From contig NW_002060946.1 in the NCBI RefSeq assembly GCF_000150275.1, forward strand, positions 1,512,202-1,576,201: a stretch of DNA of 64,000 nucleotides. Direction: 5' to 3'. Of the stretch, positions 36,422-49,550 are shown in pieces (the stretch's first letter is position 1; each line of letters starts with the position of its first letter). The stretch is from Trichoplax adhaerens. Taxonomy: Eukaryota; Animalia; Placozoa. A program made the position numbers and the translations under genes. Below the pieces are notes generated by a model. It ran no database searches. It was not told where the DNA came from and saw only the letters and a program-made list of their open reading frames with translations.

Positions 36422-39400
36422 ATGGATATTGTCTCAAAATGCCCATTCTTGTCTCGTGTATCGTGCAAGATTTTGACTTCTAGTCGAGCTGCTGCCATCT
36501 TTGATGCTCATGCACCTTTATGCCCGGTATTTTCTCGTACCGTCAGCGTTGATTCAAGATCGATCCAACAAGCTAGAAAAGCGCATGAAAATGATTCCGA
36601 TAAGAAAAAATCAACAGGTAACTTAGCCAAAGGATAGAAACGAAACTAGTTTGATTGAACATTCACAGCCTGCATGTCATTTCTTCGTCCATTGGATCGC
36701 GTATTGATACTTTAATAGAGGTCATTAAAACACTCATACGGTATGATTGTAATGGGCGTTATTGAACGGATCAATAGCTGCATTGCACGTTCCACCAGTA
36801 TCAATATCATTGAATGAAAGTGTCACCAGGGATGGAACGGATCACCAATCAGTTCTGAATTCAGTACTGAAATAACTTGAATGATTATTTATCACAAGTT
36901 TTGCAAGCCTTAGTACTATGAACGAGCGGCTTAAGGCTTGGGGAGTTATCCACATTTGAATTTTAACTGTACATCTTCAGTAACAATTGCTGTCTGCTAT
37001 AGTGTTAAAGTAATGAACTCCTACCAACTCCCTTGGATCAATACAGTACAAAAAGTCCAATTTTTTAAATCCTCCTATCAACACTGACAAAATGACATTA
37101 CTGTATAGCAATGACCGAATCAATTCGTTGGTGTGTCGTCCATTCTATCACACTGGAGTCGAAATCGTACATTTCATTCATGCTTCACTATGATGAAAAA
37201 AAGTAGTTGGCAAGTCGTAATGACTTTTGCCCGATTATTCAACATCACTAGATTACATATTTAAACCATTGATAATAGTGCACAGTATAGCATGGATTCG
37301 ATCGAAACAGAACACTTTAATAATCCTTCACCTTCTTTCATTTAAAGTATTCTAATCTTGCTATAAATATTTTCGGCGGTGAAAATTACAGTATTTCGGT
37401 AACGATATAGTAAAGCATTACTTACCAATTTGTTAGTATAGTAGTTTCTGGCAAATGTTTGTACGTTTCACCATAATACTCTGGAATAGTATTGACAACT
37501 GACAATCAACTAAATCTGCTACGATCGATTGAAATGGAGTTAGGAAATTATTACATAATTCTAATGTATCTTGCTGTGAAGTAGATGGCCTAAGTAGGAC
37601 TTTTAGATCCTTTATGCTGTTCTATAGTATGCACTGTAGGTTTAAATTTCAGAATTATATAGCTCCAAGCCATAACTTACAATAGTATAGGATACAATGC
37701 AGTGAAATTCCAGACAACAATAGTGTCCAGGGTTAGGGTTAGGGTTAAAGTAATCATGAAATCGATAATTAAGAGTAGCTAATAGTGTAAATTCTATGGT
37801 CCAATTCGTGATTGATTCTGAGCACGTAGCGTCCTTTATAATACTATAAAGCTAAAGCGTTTTGCAGTACAGTTAATCGATATACAGTGTACGGTAGTAG
37901 AATAAATAGTGTAATTAATAAATATCGATATGTTACGTGCTCTTGCTGTAAGGCAACAATTATTATCTAAAAATAGACTCGTAAAAAGTCCAATCGCTGC
38001 AACCTAGGGTATCTAGTCAATCGAAGTTATGCACAATTCAGACAAGTATCCCATCTTTTATCTTGGGTTACTGTGCTTTGGTACCATGTTCTAAATGGCA
38101 GACTTGTATTACCTAGATTGATTACCTTGTAGGCTATTTAACTTGCTGCTCTGCTGAAATCTTTTAATCATTATGGTTCTGGCATTTGTCAGTACAGTAC
38201 ATTAACTTTAGTCATTACTGAATTACTCCATATGACAATATCGAATGAAGATTATGGCGTAATTAAGCTATTAACCTCACCCAAAGCGAGTTAGTCTATG
38301 GGATGCTTTTCTTTCAATGCTCCAATTGATTCTAATAATGAAGGACATGTTTATCCGTGTTGGATTGATATCCTTTTCTAACTCTGAATCCGCCCGCCCA
38401 GTTTTACAGTTGATAATGTCAACAAACCGTTCATTTACTAATACTTAATATTAGCTCCTACTAAAGAGCCATTATTCTATAATGACAGTGTAGAATTAAG
38501 AAAAAGGCAAGTTTGTGCAGTCTTCCTATCTACATAATCCACGCACGATAGGTCTGATATTCGAATATATAGACGTACAATATCGCCAAGAAAAGGAAGA
38601 TAACTGAAATTTCCGTTTTACATTTCCCTAATTAAGAAGACGTTATGTTATAATGTAATCCAGATCACAAACACTTGTTTAGTCATTATCCATTATTGCT
38701 TACCTACCAGATAATTCGCAAAAACGTCAATTTCTAACCATTATTATTTAATATGAGATTGACTGACTAATGAGCTATTAGCCTCTAATTATATATTATG
38801 ACGTCACATTTTAATATTTAACGTCATAATTTCTTCAGATTAGCTATAGATTGCAGATAGCTATACAACATGCAGCTCTGTACAATATAATTTTGTAGGA
38901 TAAATTGAACTGGCTGCTCAGTCCGTGATTCATAAGCTTTACAATGACTGGCAGACATGTAGATAATTACGTCTAGGATGTTATAATTGCACCCAGGAGG
39001 GTCACTTTTTCTTACTGATCAAAAGTTAGCTAACCGTGAAAGAAGCAAAGATGTAGATCCAACTTAATGTCAGTAAGGTAATACGAGTGTAATTATAAAT
39101 GACAAAACAGCGACATCGTTTATTTACTAAAATACAAGCGTCCCATGAATACACTAGTAACTTAATAAATCAACTACTGTATGTACTATTTTCGATGACC
39201 TCTATAAGCCATAACAAAATAATCGTTTCCAGATGTATTGAGCATATTTCAAATATCTTTGTTTAAAAACAAATTAATCGTAATTACTTAGTACAAATAT
39301 TTTGTAAGCTTATCATCTAATAACATATTTTATCTTACTGATTATCCAGCTTATCAATGGCTAGTTGATATTTATATTATTGGAGATATACAGTATAGTA

Positions 39401-42400
39401 CAACGAAACGATGTTAAAATGGCATTTGTGGAATTCGGTTGTTGCTCAATAATTTTACATATCTCGTCATTATAGTAATCATTTAATGCCAAAATACCCT
39501 TGACATGCATATACTGTACGTAGCATATTTAATATATAGTGTACTTGTAGTGCAATAGCTAAATGAATTACGTTTAAAATACACGATAGAAAGTCTGTCA
39601 TCAACATTGAGCAGATAATTGTTCGAAAGCAGTAAATATACATAAAACGGTTGGAATTAGATGATATTACAACCTGTATTATCGTGCTATCGAATAGGAA
39701 AAATTTGCTTTTAGGTTGATTTTCCCCTTTTGATCATAGTCAGTTACATGAGTTATGTGTGTTCTCTTATATATCTACTAGATTCAGCTTAAATGTCAGT
39801 CAAAAATTTACAATTATTTTTCCATTTATCCGTAAAGTATGTTTTCATTGGAAGCAATATGATATTACCATTACAATTGATGGATAATTATAGGGACGAT
39901 AGTACTTATTTGCAACAATTTAGCATAATATTATTAAGATAGTGGAGACTTACATCGACCGGCAGATTATAAAATGCCTAAAAAAATTAATATTTTGATG
40001 CAATAGTTGTCCTGTTATTACATAGGTGCACATAATATGGTCTCCTGATCGACTACTTGCTGTTTTGCAGATTGATCTTGATTACCTTGATTATTGTTTT
40101 AGTTTATTAATAATATGACATGGGTTTGGTCAACTATTTGTTTCATGTATATGTTACGGCTATTCTTAAGAATATAATATAATCAGCCTTATTCTTAGGA
40201 CTGGTCATAACATATTCATGGAACGATCCTTGCCTAAATACGTTAATCTATACAGTAAAGTATTGCTAGGTAGTGATCTCCATCTTCCGACATATTCAAA
40301 TTTCATTTCAAGTCTATTTGATATAAAGGATAGAAGTGTAGAGCGAATACGAGTATGTGCTATAAAAATACTCCAAAATTTGAAGGCTTTATTTTGGCTT
40401 GTATTTTAATATCAAAGAAGTGACTGTTCAAAAACTAGTCCTAGTAATTACCTTTAATCGTACAAATGAATAAATTGTCATCGTCGTTAATTCAGTAGTT
40501 ACAACCCTATACTATCAACTATTTCTTCCTAAATTAATTGTAAGTATTGCAATGTACAGTATATCTAATGGTTACAAATGAAAACACGATGTACAGATTA
40601 ATTAACTTCCTTTGGTACTTGTCGTAGTTTATTCGTTTTACTAATTAATGTCTGTGTCAATACATCTTTCCTGCTGAGATTAAAAATACTGGGATACTTG
40701 TACTATCAATATGTAAAATTTTATCGGAATAATGCAGTATGTCATGAAGTTTACTAGCTGTTAAGCTCTTGCACCAAAACTATATCTAGTGAAAGGCAGG
40801 TTCTTCTCACATCTTTCATATTTTATTGTCATTGTTATTTCCAGTAGTTGGAGATTGTGCACAATATCTAATGTTCGGTCATAGGTCATGCATATTACTA
40901 TAAGCTTTACAAACAGCAAGAACTTAAGTCATCACGCCCTTCTGAGATACGTTGTCAAAATATTTCCTGTAAACAAATCCATTTGTAAACAATATGATAG
41001 CCAAAATGATGTTTTATGGAAAAATCTACCACGGCTTTAGCTTAATAACGAACAATTCAGGTTATGAATGAGTCATTATCATGTTGTAGTCTTTTACCCA
41101 CATCTTCTATAAAAACTATCGGTACAGAATTACGTTTGCAAGACAATACTGACAGCTACAGGTGTCCGTCCCTTTATGGTGACGTACGATACTTAAGTAC
41201 CGAACTTAGATGTGGTTGTCTTTAACGCTTACCTGCACAATCATAAGTGCGATTTGATACGGATAAATATTAAGGGGATTAATTATAAGCAAAAAAACTA
41301 AAAATTGTAACTAACTCTAGTCTTCACCAGGGCAAAAACTAACACTGCAATTGTTATTCATTTATGTATTTTCCTACTGTTATTAGCTTGGACAAAGTTA
41401 TTCAAGTACTCAATCGGTTGACTGTAGTCTCCTTTGTTACTTTGCCTAATAGAGCTAATTCTACGAGACATGACTGCATTGAAAGCCAGTGGGTTGCCTG
41501 AAAATTTTTCTTTTTATTTGTCTGTAAATTACAATAACTGAATAGGACTATAGTGAAAGATAGAAGATTGTGTTATTGAATTTTAAGAATAATCACCGTT
41601 ACATTGTCTTGCGGCTTTAATGTTATCGCTTACTTGATTCGATACGGATTACTGATGTGAATAATATTTTCTTAGGTAAGGAGAAAAAACCTGGAGACAA
41701 GCTATGCTTTGATAAAGATGCCGGCGACGGTAAGATTAATTTTAAAATGCTAACTATTATATTGTATTGTATTGTGCTATAAGTACTAAGTTAATACCTA
41801 AATAATTTTACATTCTCTTTGTTGATACAGACTTCTTTTGCGGTGTGTATAGTATACTGTACTAATACTGTATGTACATACCTTGCATGCTTCAATAGAT
41901 TACACCGCCTGATCAGATATCATTTTTGTCATAACGAATCAACGAGCGAATAAAACTAAAGTATTGTAGTCGTATAATTTTAAATATGAATAAGAAATGT
42001 CTGTTGTAACTTTTAATGTAGTCTACTCTATTATTAATAATTGTCTGCCAGTCTTATATTAATTAATCCCTTTAATTGTAGCTTTTATTTTGTAACGTAA
42101 TTACATCTTCTGACCATCGTAAACATTTTAGGCTTTTAACCAATCATGCACTGATTTTGCTAAAATTGATTGTTAAATCATGGCATGGTCAGCTAACTAT
42201 TATTTAAGCCAAGATGTGCCTATGGTTAGCATTATCGTTATTGAAATCTGTAAATTTGTACCATGATGGTATCCAATATCGGATTCCAACGTTATAAGTT
42301 ACTTGCTCTCTAGGTTATGATAATAAAAATTGAAGTAGAAATTTTTTCTACATGAAGGCCACTAGGTTACATATCGGAATACGTATCATGTAATTGTCGC

Positions 42401-45076
42401 GAGATGTTGCAAATTTGTCTTATTATCGATACTTATTTATACCGATCGCATTCAAAATAAATTTAGTGCAGCTTTACTAGATAATTGTTTGGCTGTTATA
42501 AAGTATTACCGACATCAAATACGGTACACATGTTTGTACATCTCAATGATGATAGCATGATGCGTTAATGCTCACAATTACTCCTGACGTATTACGTAAA
42601 TAAATGTGGTTACCACAAACCTAGTTCCCTGCTGCGTTGATTCGCTATGACTTGATTTGTTTGTCAAGAAAGTGGCCATTTTAGTATGATACGCCTCTGT
42701 TCAACTTTATTTGTTCACGTTAATGCTTTCAAAAAGCGGAACTGATCATGAGGATATATCCTCGAATTTTTACAGGATTCAAACGTTGCCCATTTCTGGG
42801 TCACTCTTCTCGGACACCCTTCGGCATTCCATACATTAAAAGTGCTAAAATCGTTGATGCATCTAACTTTAACAATCAAGGTAAGCTAAGTATAAACTAT
42901 GCAAGTAATGTCTTAAATTATGATGTACGATTTATTATTTGCATTGTTATGGCTAGTTAATATGTAACGTTGTATGAATCTGTGTTATAGCAAGTGCTCA
43001 CATGGAAGAAGTATATTTTTCCGGCGAACATAGTGAAAATTCTTCAAGACGACAAGGATTTTCAAACCCAAATCAAAGACAGTCGGTCGACCATGAATAT
43101 AAAACCACTAGAGGTAAGAATTGTAGTAAATTTCTCGTTTTATCGATATTGTCTAGTTGGTAGTAGTTAATTCTTCTTCATTAGTGGAGAAACAAAATAG
43201 ATCCATATGTACTGTAGATTACTGTAATGTACTGAAAGTATAATTTTTAGCATGCAACTTTGATCAAAATAGTAATTATAGAGTTATTATATATAAAATA
43301 TCTGTATCCGCATTGTACGAGAATCTTTTCATTTGCTAACCAATCTTTTTACGCTCTTTTGAAATAGAGCCGTTATTCAGTTATAATCAATTCTTTAATG
43401 ACCAAATTGAACTAAAGAAAAAGAATCATACGTATCGTATCTTCAAGGAAATTAATCGTTCCGCTACAACATTCCCCTTAGCAAAATGTCATCTTCCTGA
43501 CCAAACTAGGGATGAAATCACGGTTTGGTGTAGCAATGATTACTTAGGACTGAGTCGTCATCCGAAAGTTATTTCCGCTGTAACGTATGTAATGATATTT
43601 CAAGTAGTAGCTGTATTCTATAATGATTCATTAAAGCTGCCATACATTAAATGGTGCTAATACACTGTACGATTTATCTTTGTTATTGGATTTAGTGAAG
43701 CTCTTAAATGTTGTGGAACTGGGGCAGGAGGTACACGGAACATCTCTGGAACGAACAGTCTTCATCGCCGACTTGAAGCAGAACTTGCGCAGTGGCATAG
43801 AAAGGATGCTGGACTTTTATTCAATTCATGCTATTTGGCAAATGAAACTGCTATATCTACTTTGGCGCAACAGTTACCGAATTGTGAGATATTTTCCGAT
43901 GCTGGTAATCACGCTTCCATAATACAAGGTAGTGAATTGTGCCTTATGTATAAACTCAATAATAGTACACTCTAATATGCCTCGAAAGATCTTTTGTTAT
44001 CGTTAATGCATAATATTAATATGTTTATCTGAAAACTTTACGATAGGAATTCGTTTGAGTAAGAGTCCAAAGTTTATATTTCGTCATAATGATCCTGAGC
44101 ATCTAGAAGAGCTACTATCGAAATCTGATCGTTGTAAGCCTAAGCTTGTAATATTTGAGTCAGTACACTCTATGACTGGCGATATAAGTCCAATGAAGCA
44201 ATTGTGTGACGTTGCTCACAAGTATGGTGCTTTAACATTCATTGATGAAGTTCATGCTATCGGATTATATGGAGATACTGGTGCTGGTATTGCCGAAATG
44301 GAAGATATTATTGATCACGTAGACTTCATTAGTGGTACATTAGCGAAAGCTGCTGGTAACATTGGTGGTTACATTGTTGGAGATCGTGAAGCTATTGATA
44401 CCCTGAGGAGTTACTGCCCTGGCTTCATTTTCACTACTTCTCTTCCTCCAGCAACCGTTGCTGGTTGCCTAACTTCAGTCAATATTTTAAGGGGTGAAGA
44501 AGGCAAACAACTACGTTCAAGACTTCATTCGAACGTTGCTACTCTGTTCAATAAACTACGAGCAGTTAATATACCTGCAGTCAAGACTCCAAGCCATATT
44601 ATTCCTGTTCATGTGCGTTACTACTTTATAGAGATATAATTACGTCAAAGTGTAGTTCAATTCATCTATCTATAGAGTTAATAGCGATTATTTTATAACA
44701 CTTATTATTTACTATTATTTAGGTTGGGAATGCCGAAGAATGCTTACGTGCAAGTAATGATTTACTTTTGCAGCATAATGTATACGTTCAGTCCATTAAC
44801 TATCCAACAGTCCCTGTTGGTCAGGAACAGCTAAGGGTTACCACAACTCCTCTACATACTGAAGAAATGATGGATTACTTAGTTGACTCAATAAGGAGTG
44901 TATGGAAGCAGCACAACATTCCATTTTTATGGTCCGTCTGTAATAAATATGACAACTGCTACTGTACCGATGAATCAGCAACCGCCCTATGTCGTTACCA
45001 AACATATATTCGATCACGTTATAGGCCATCAAATCTAGCTGGAGCATCTTCGATTAGTATACCTATTTCCGCTTGA
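36422..45076 (+). CDS. ALAS: 5-aminolevulinate synthase (mitochondrial, PLP-dependent)
   Basis: Phase-consistent exons 36422-36617, 41676-41729, 42776-42880, 42991-43113, 43368-43584, 43696-43928, 44047-44612 and 44723-45076. Motifs: [55 protein letters not shown]-Lys [28 protein letters not shown]. Confidence 0.98.
37729..37747 (+). repeat. Short interstitial telomere-like tract (TTAGGG)~3
   Basis: AGGGTTAGGGTTAGGGTTA within the long ALAS intron. Confidence 0.7.
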
Positions 45077-45898
45077 TTTAAACTCATAACCTCATTTCTG
45101 CTAGGCGATTAGTAGGCAATCTACTCCTCGGAAATGTACTTTTTTTCCAAATTTCGAATATCGGTACATTGTATAGCCGTACAGTCTATTGCTTTAGTGA
45201 TGTGTACTCAAAATTATGCATTGTTCATCACACACATGAAGCGAAATTTGGTTTTCCTTTACAATTGATATCATTTAAAGATAGTATAGTATATCTTGAA
45301 TGCATACATTTATAATATATTACATTCACACCTACAAACGCATATGGTATTGGGTGTCACGGATAAATGACGACGACAATGCTTCGAAGTTGGACACTCT
45401 GTGATTTATTGACGCTTTATTAACGATAGCAATAGCGATTTTATTACATTACTGTATTATATCACTTATGAAGCAAACGGTGTTACTGATATTAATTTGT
45501 ATCAACATATTACCAACTGAATATTTGAAAATATTGTTAAACCGGATTAAATTACGAAGAAAAAATAAAAATGTTTCTGATACAAAGACAGCATCGCATT
45601 CATAATCTTATGTAGGGTGCAAAACAGAAATCCTATTGTGATGTCAGGCAGGAAGACTACCTGCATGATTACTTATCTAAATCTGTAGTGACATTCTTCT
45701 ATGTTCATGTTTTTACAGAAAATAAGTTTGAAAATTACTTTCAAATTAAGTCTTCGTATAATCTCGATCTCTGCTTCATTAATAACTACTTGAGAAGGAC
45801 CAGTCGAGTAAATAAATTATTTGATTTATGCAATGTTATAATATTTTAATTTTTAAATAACTAGCATAGTCAGAATCAATCAGTGAATGAATGCATGT

Positions 45899-48771
45899 TT
45901 ACATCAAAGATTGCCGTAGACGATAAGCGCGTTCTATGTATTGCAGCCGATCTCTTGTGGGGTGGTGGTATTTTCTTCATTTTCTTGTAATTTTTCGGTT
46001 GTCACATCAGCTAACTCATTATTATCTAAATTACATTCAGCCTGAGATCTAGTAGACCTAAAGTTGTCTATGAGCCAATGTATTTCTTGTTGAAGAGAAG
46101 CCATTTCAACACATATATTGATGGCTGCATAATCGATTATAAAAGTAACTGATCAGTAAATGTTCTATCAAGTGCGAAATAAAAGTCTTACTCTTAATAA
46201 CGATATTACATAGGAAAGATATCGTCTAAAACTTCAAATCTAACCTTTTTCAAAGTCTTTTTGGGCGCTCCTCAAGCATGGAGGAACAAGAACACCAAAC
46301 CAGTTCAGTGGATTACCAATTTGATTTGCTTTTTCTTCTTTTTTACTCATTTTCATTTTATCTAAGTCTTGTGCTAACTTATCCACGGTTGTCTTATCAC
46401 CCGATTCCCCTTTACGTCGACGTACTGTTGATTTTATCTCTTCACCGTTCTTCGTTTTTTTATCGTCTATTCTATCGGATATATTGGAACGTAGTACTCG
46501 AAATTCTTCATAATTTGAATCTTTCGATGGACTATAATACAACATTTAAATGCATTCTATTCATTTCAGGAAAGTAAATTTGAGCTGTACACAGTAAAAT
46601 CAGGCAATAATAGCTACCATCACAGATTTAATAAAAAGTAGTGCAAGCATGTTAGTAATGCAGTATTATTACAGTAGACTGTAGCGAAGTATTCAATTAC
46701 AACAAAATAATCTTATAAATTGCATCATAATAGCATATACGGAGCAACTGCACGTGCCTGGATTGTAATCATTTAATAGTCCATGCCCTTTCGGTTGCAT
46801 ATACGTACAAGTTATTGAACAATTTCAATGACTGTCAGCTGCTAAGCTAACAGTAATAAAACATGCTCATTTGAATAGTCCATACTGATAGTATCAAGCG
46901 TACACGTAGTGTCTATCAGGAGAACCAAGTATATTGGCGCCTAAATCTACTTACTAACGTGGACTACTCACTTTTGACAACGAAGTAAACAGCGCTTTCT
47001 GTTCTATGGTACTAATTAGCCGCAGCGGTGATGTAATAGTTAACAAACTACGCACATAGTATAATAAATTTTGGAACATTTTCTAGATAAAGCTCAGTGT
47101 GATATAATCATGAAGAAAACTACTTTGCCGATAAGGATATATCGGTGATGATCTTAAGTACACCATTGCAGTATTTATAAGCAACACGCAAACTTACTCG
47201 ATTACGACACGTGTAATGGCTTCCATGTCTGACGGATACTGCAAGGCAGTAACAGCTTTATTACCCATTGAATAGCGCGCCTTGGACATATTATAGAAAC
47301 CCTAAAACAAGATTTTATTCTCAGAACATGATCATAACAAAGTTTGTACAACCATGTACGACTAGCCAAATAAGGGTTTATCACTCACTACTGATATTTT
47401 GGTAGTCATAAAATTTCAATTAAATGCTAACACTAGAGTTAAGAACAATTTGTAAAAGCTGAATGGACAATGATCATGATATTGACATTCAACTATACGC
47501 GTTTATTGGAGTTAATTTGTATAACTTATCGACCATTTCAAATACGATTACTTTATAATACTGTAAGTACAGTGCTATTGGTACAAGACAATAACTCTGT
47601 CCTCCTATGTTCATAATACCAAAGTAATGATAACGCAGCAGATTCGAGCGAGATTGGCAAAACTGATACTTTAGTACGAGTGAGTATACGAAGACATGGT
47701 GTAATTTACGGTCTATCACTATCTGCATTTTAGTAGAACAGTCTGAGCCATGGTAAATGTAAACGTAGAAAAAAGCAGCGAAGAAATTAGCAACTGCAAC
47801 CATTGCCGTAAGCTAAGTGGTAGTCTGTAGTTAAATTATTTCTAAAAGAATAAAGTTACAGAGTAGGGTTAGCTAACTTAAGGTAATGAATTGTAAGAAT
47901 ATCCATCTGATCCAGTCCAAGAGACTGCCAAAGAATACAACAATAGTTCAATCAATCAATCAATCTATTCAATCTCGAATGCAGAGCGTTATACACCATT
48001 TTAAAGCTTTCGCTACGTAAATACAATACATTTTAGTCTCAATATTGTAGTATTACCATTATTGCTGATATACATAGTATCTATTCATTATCGATTGAGA
48101 CTGTTGTATGCTATACATAAATCAGCAATATTTTCATCCAAGTTGAGGCAAAGTGCTTTCAACTGGACGTATTGCTGAGGTGAAAATCTCCATGTTGCAT
48201 GTTGCATGTTCCTATCTAATGTTTATTAGGTCAGAATATTTGGTAGCCTACTAGTTATTCATGCTGTTGCAATTGGTATGTCAGGATTATAGACTAAAGT
48301 TTCAATTTTGTCGAGTGGGAATGTGTAAGCATTAACTCAACTAAACATAGGATCATATTATTATTGCACTATCAGACAGACAAAACATCATCACAGGACA
48401 TACTTTACTTATCGTGCTGCAATGAATCGTTGTTATTCTATTAATTTATAACGTTAATATCATATCAGGGGTGATCGATGCTTGCAAGCCATGGCTACAG
48501 CATCCAGTCATGACTACTACTAACAGTATCACTCATTTTTGAAGTGCATTTCAGCCATGGAGGTAAACATTGCCAATACAGGATGATTCATTATCCATTG
48601 AAAATGCAAGTTCTATTTCTAGCTATTGAAAGTTCTATACTATCAGTAACAACTTGCCTCTTTTAATAAATTTTCTAATTGGGTCCATTGCTGTATCCTT
48701 TGGTCCAATTTGTTAAATAATGTCAGCAAGGTCCGATCTAAATCGGAGGAGAGCGTGTCTGTGTCCGCCAT
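45899..48771 (-). CDS. CCDC115: CCDC115 / VMA22 V-ATPase assembly factor
   Basis: Phase-consistent exons 48771-48658 (MADTDTLSSDLDRTLL..LENLLKE, GC donor), 47301-47198 (GFYNMSKARYSMGNKAVTALQYPSDME), 46531-46245 (VRRRK..NPLNWFGVLVPPCLRSAQKDFEK) and 46124-45899 (AINICVEMASLQQEI). Matches recalled motifs GWLSLAKARYAMG and DPLNWFGILVPHSLRQAQ. Confidence 0.96.
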
Positions 48772-48995
48772 ATTTTTCTGCGACGTGATGACGTATTGAT
48801 TTCGACTGGCTGGTACAGTACGGTATTGTACCAGTCGATCGGTTACAGTGTACAGTCCGCTCCCTCTCAATCCAACCAAACCATAGCTGTACTGTAGATA
48901 CACGCTACTGTATTGGAAAAATAGTACTTTCTACAGTACTAGTCGACTTTCTTTCTGCTAGTCCTTGGTACTGTACTCGTACTGGTACTAATGTT

Positions 48996-49550
48996 GCATC
49001 ATCCTGGTCATGGCAGAAAGATGTCATGGACTACTGCAGAAGTGTCGATCTGAGAAAAGTTTTATTCGCAGTTTCATGACTATTTGTTGTCCACTGTACA
49101 ATTGTTCAATCATCTGGTCATGGCAGAAAGATGTCATGGACTACTGCAGAAGTGTCGATCTGAGAAAGGTTTTATTCGTAGTTCCATAACTATTTGTTGT
49201 CCACTGTACAGTGTACAATTTGTTCAATCATCTGGTCATGGCAGAAAAGATGTCATGGACTACTGCAGAAGTGTCGATCTGAGAAAGGTTTTATTCGTAG
49301 TTCCATGACTATTTGTTGTCCACTGTACAATTGTTTAATCATCTGGTCATGGCAGACAGATGTCATGGACTACTGCAGAAGTGTCGATCTGAGAAAGGTT
49401 TTATTCGTAGTTCCATGACTATTTGTTGTCCACTGTACAGTGTACAATTTGTTCAATCATCTGGTCATGGCAGAAAAGATGTCATGGACTACTGCAGAAG
49501 TGTCGATCTGAGAAAGGTTCTATTCGTAGTTCCATGACTATTTGTTGTCC
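48996..49550. repeat. Near-perfect tandem repeat, 5 units alternating ~110/119 bp (229-bp higher-order dimer)
   Basis: Unit ctggtcatggcagaaagatgtcatggactactgcagaagtgtcgatctgagaaaggttttattcgtagttccatgactatttgttgtccactgtaca. Alternate units carry an extra gtgtaca; ORF-track starts at 49084, 49194 and 49313 show the 110/119 spacing. Confidence 0.97.

Noticed and set aside
36618-41675. Possible nested gene, snoRNA or transposon in the 5-kb ALAS intron
   Set aside because: No long ORF, terminal repeats or convincing C/D or H/ACA box pair seen by eye; an Infernal/Rfam scan would be needed.
48996-49550. CRISPR-like regular array and three repeated 74-aa ORFs
   Set aside because: Whole units repeat with no unique spacers, there are no cas genes and the context is eukaryotic; the ORFs are by-products of the repeat.
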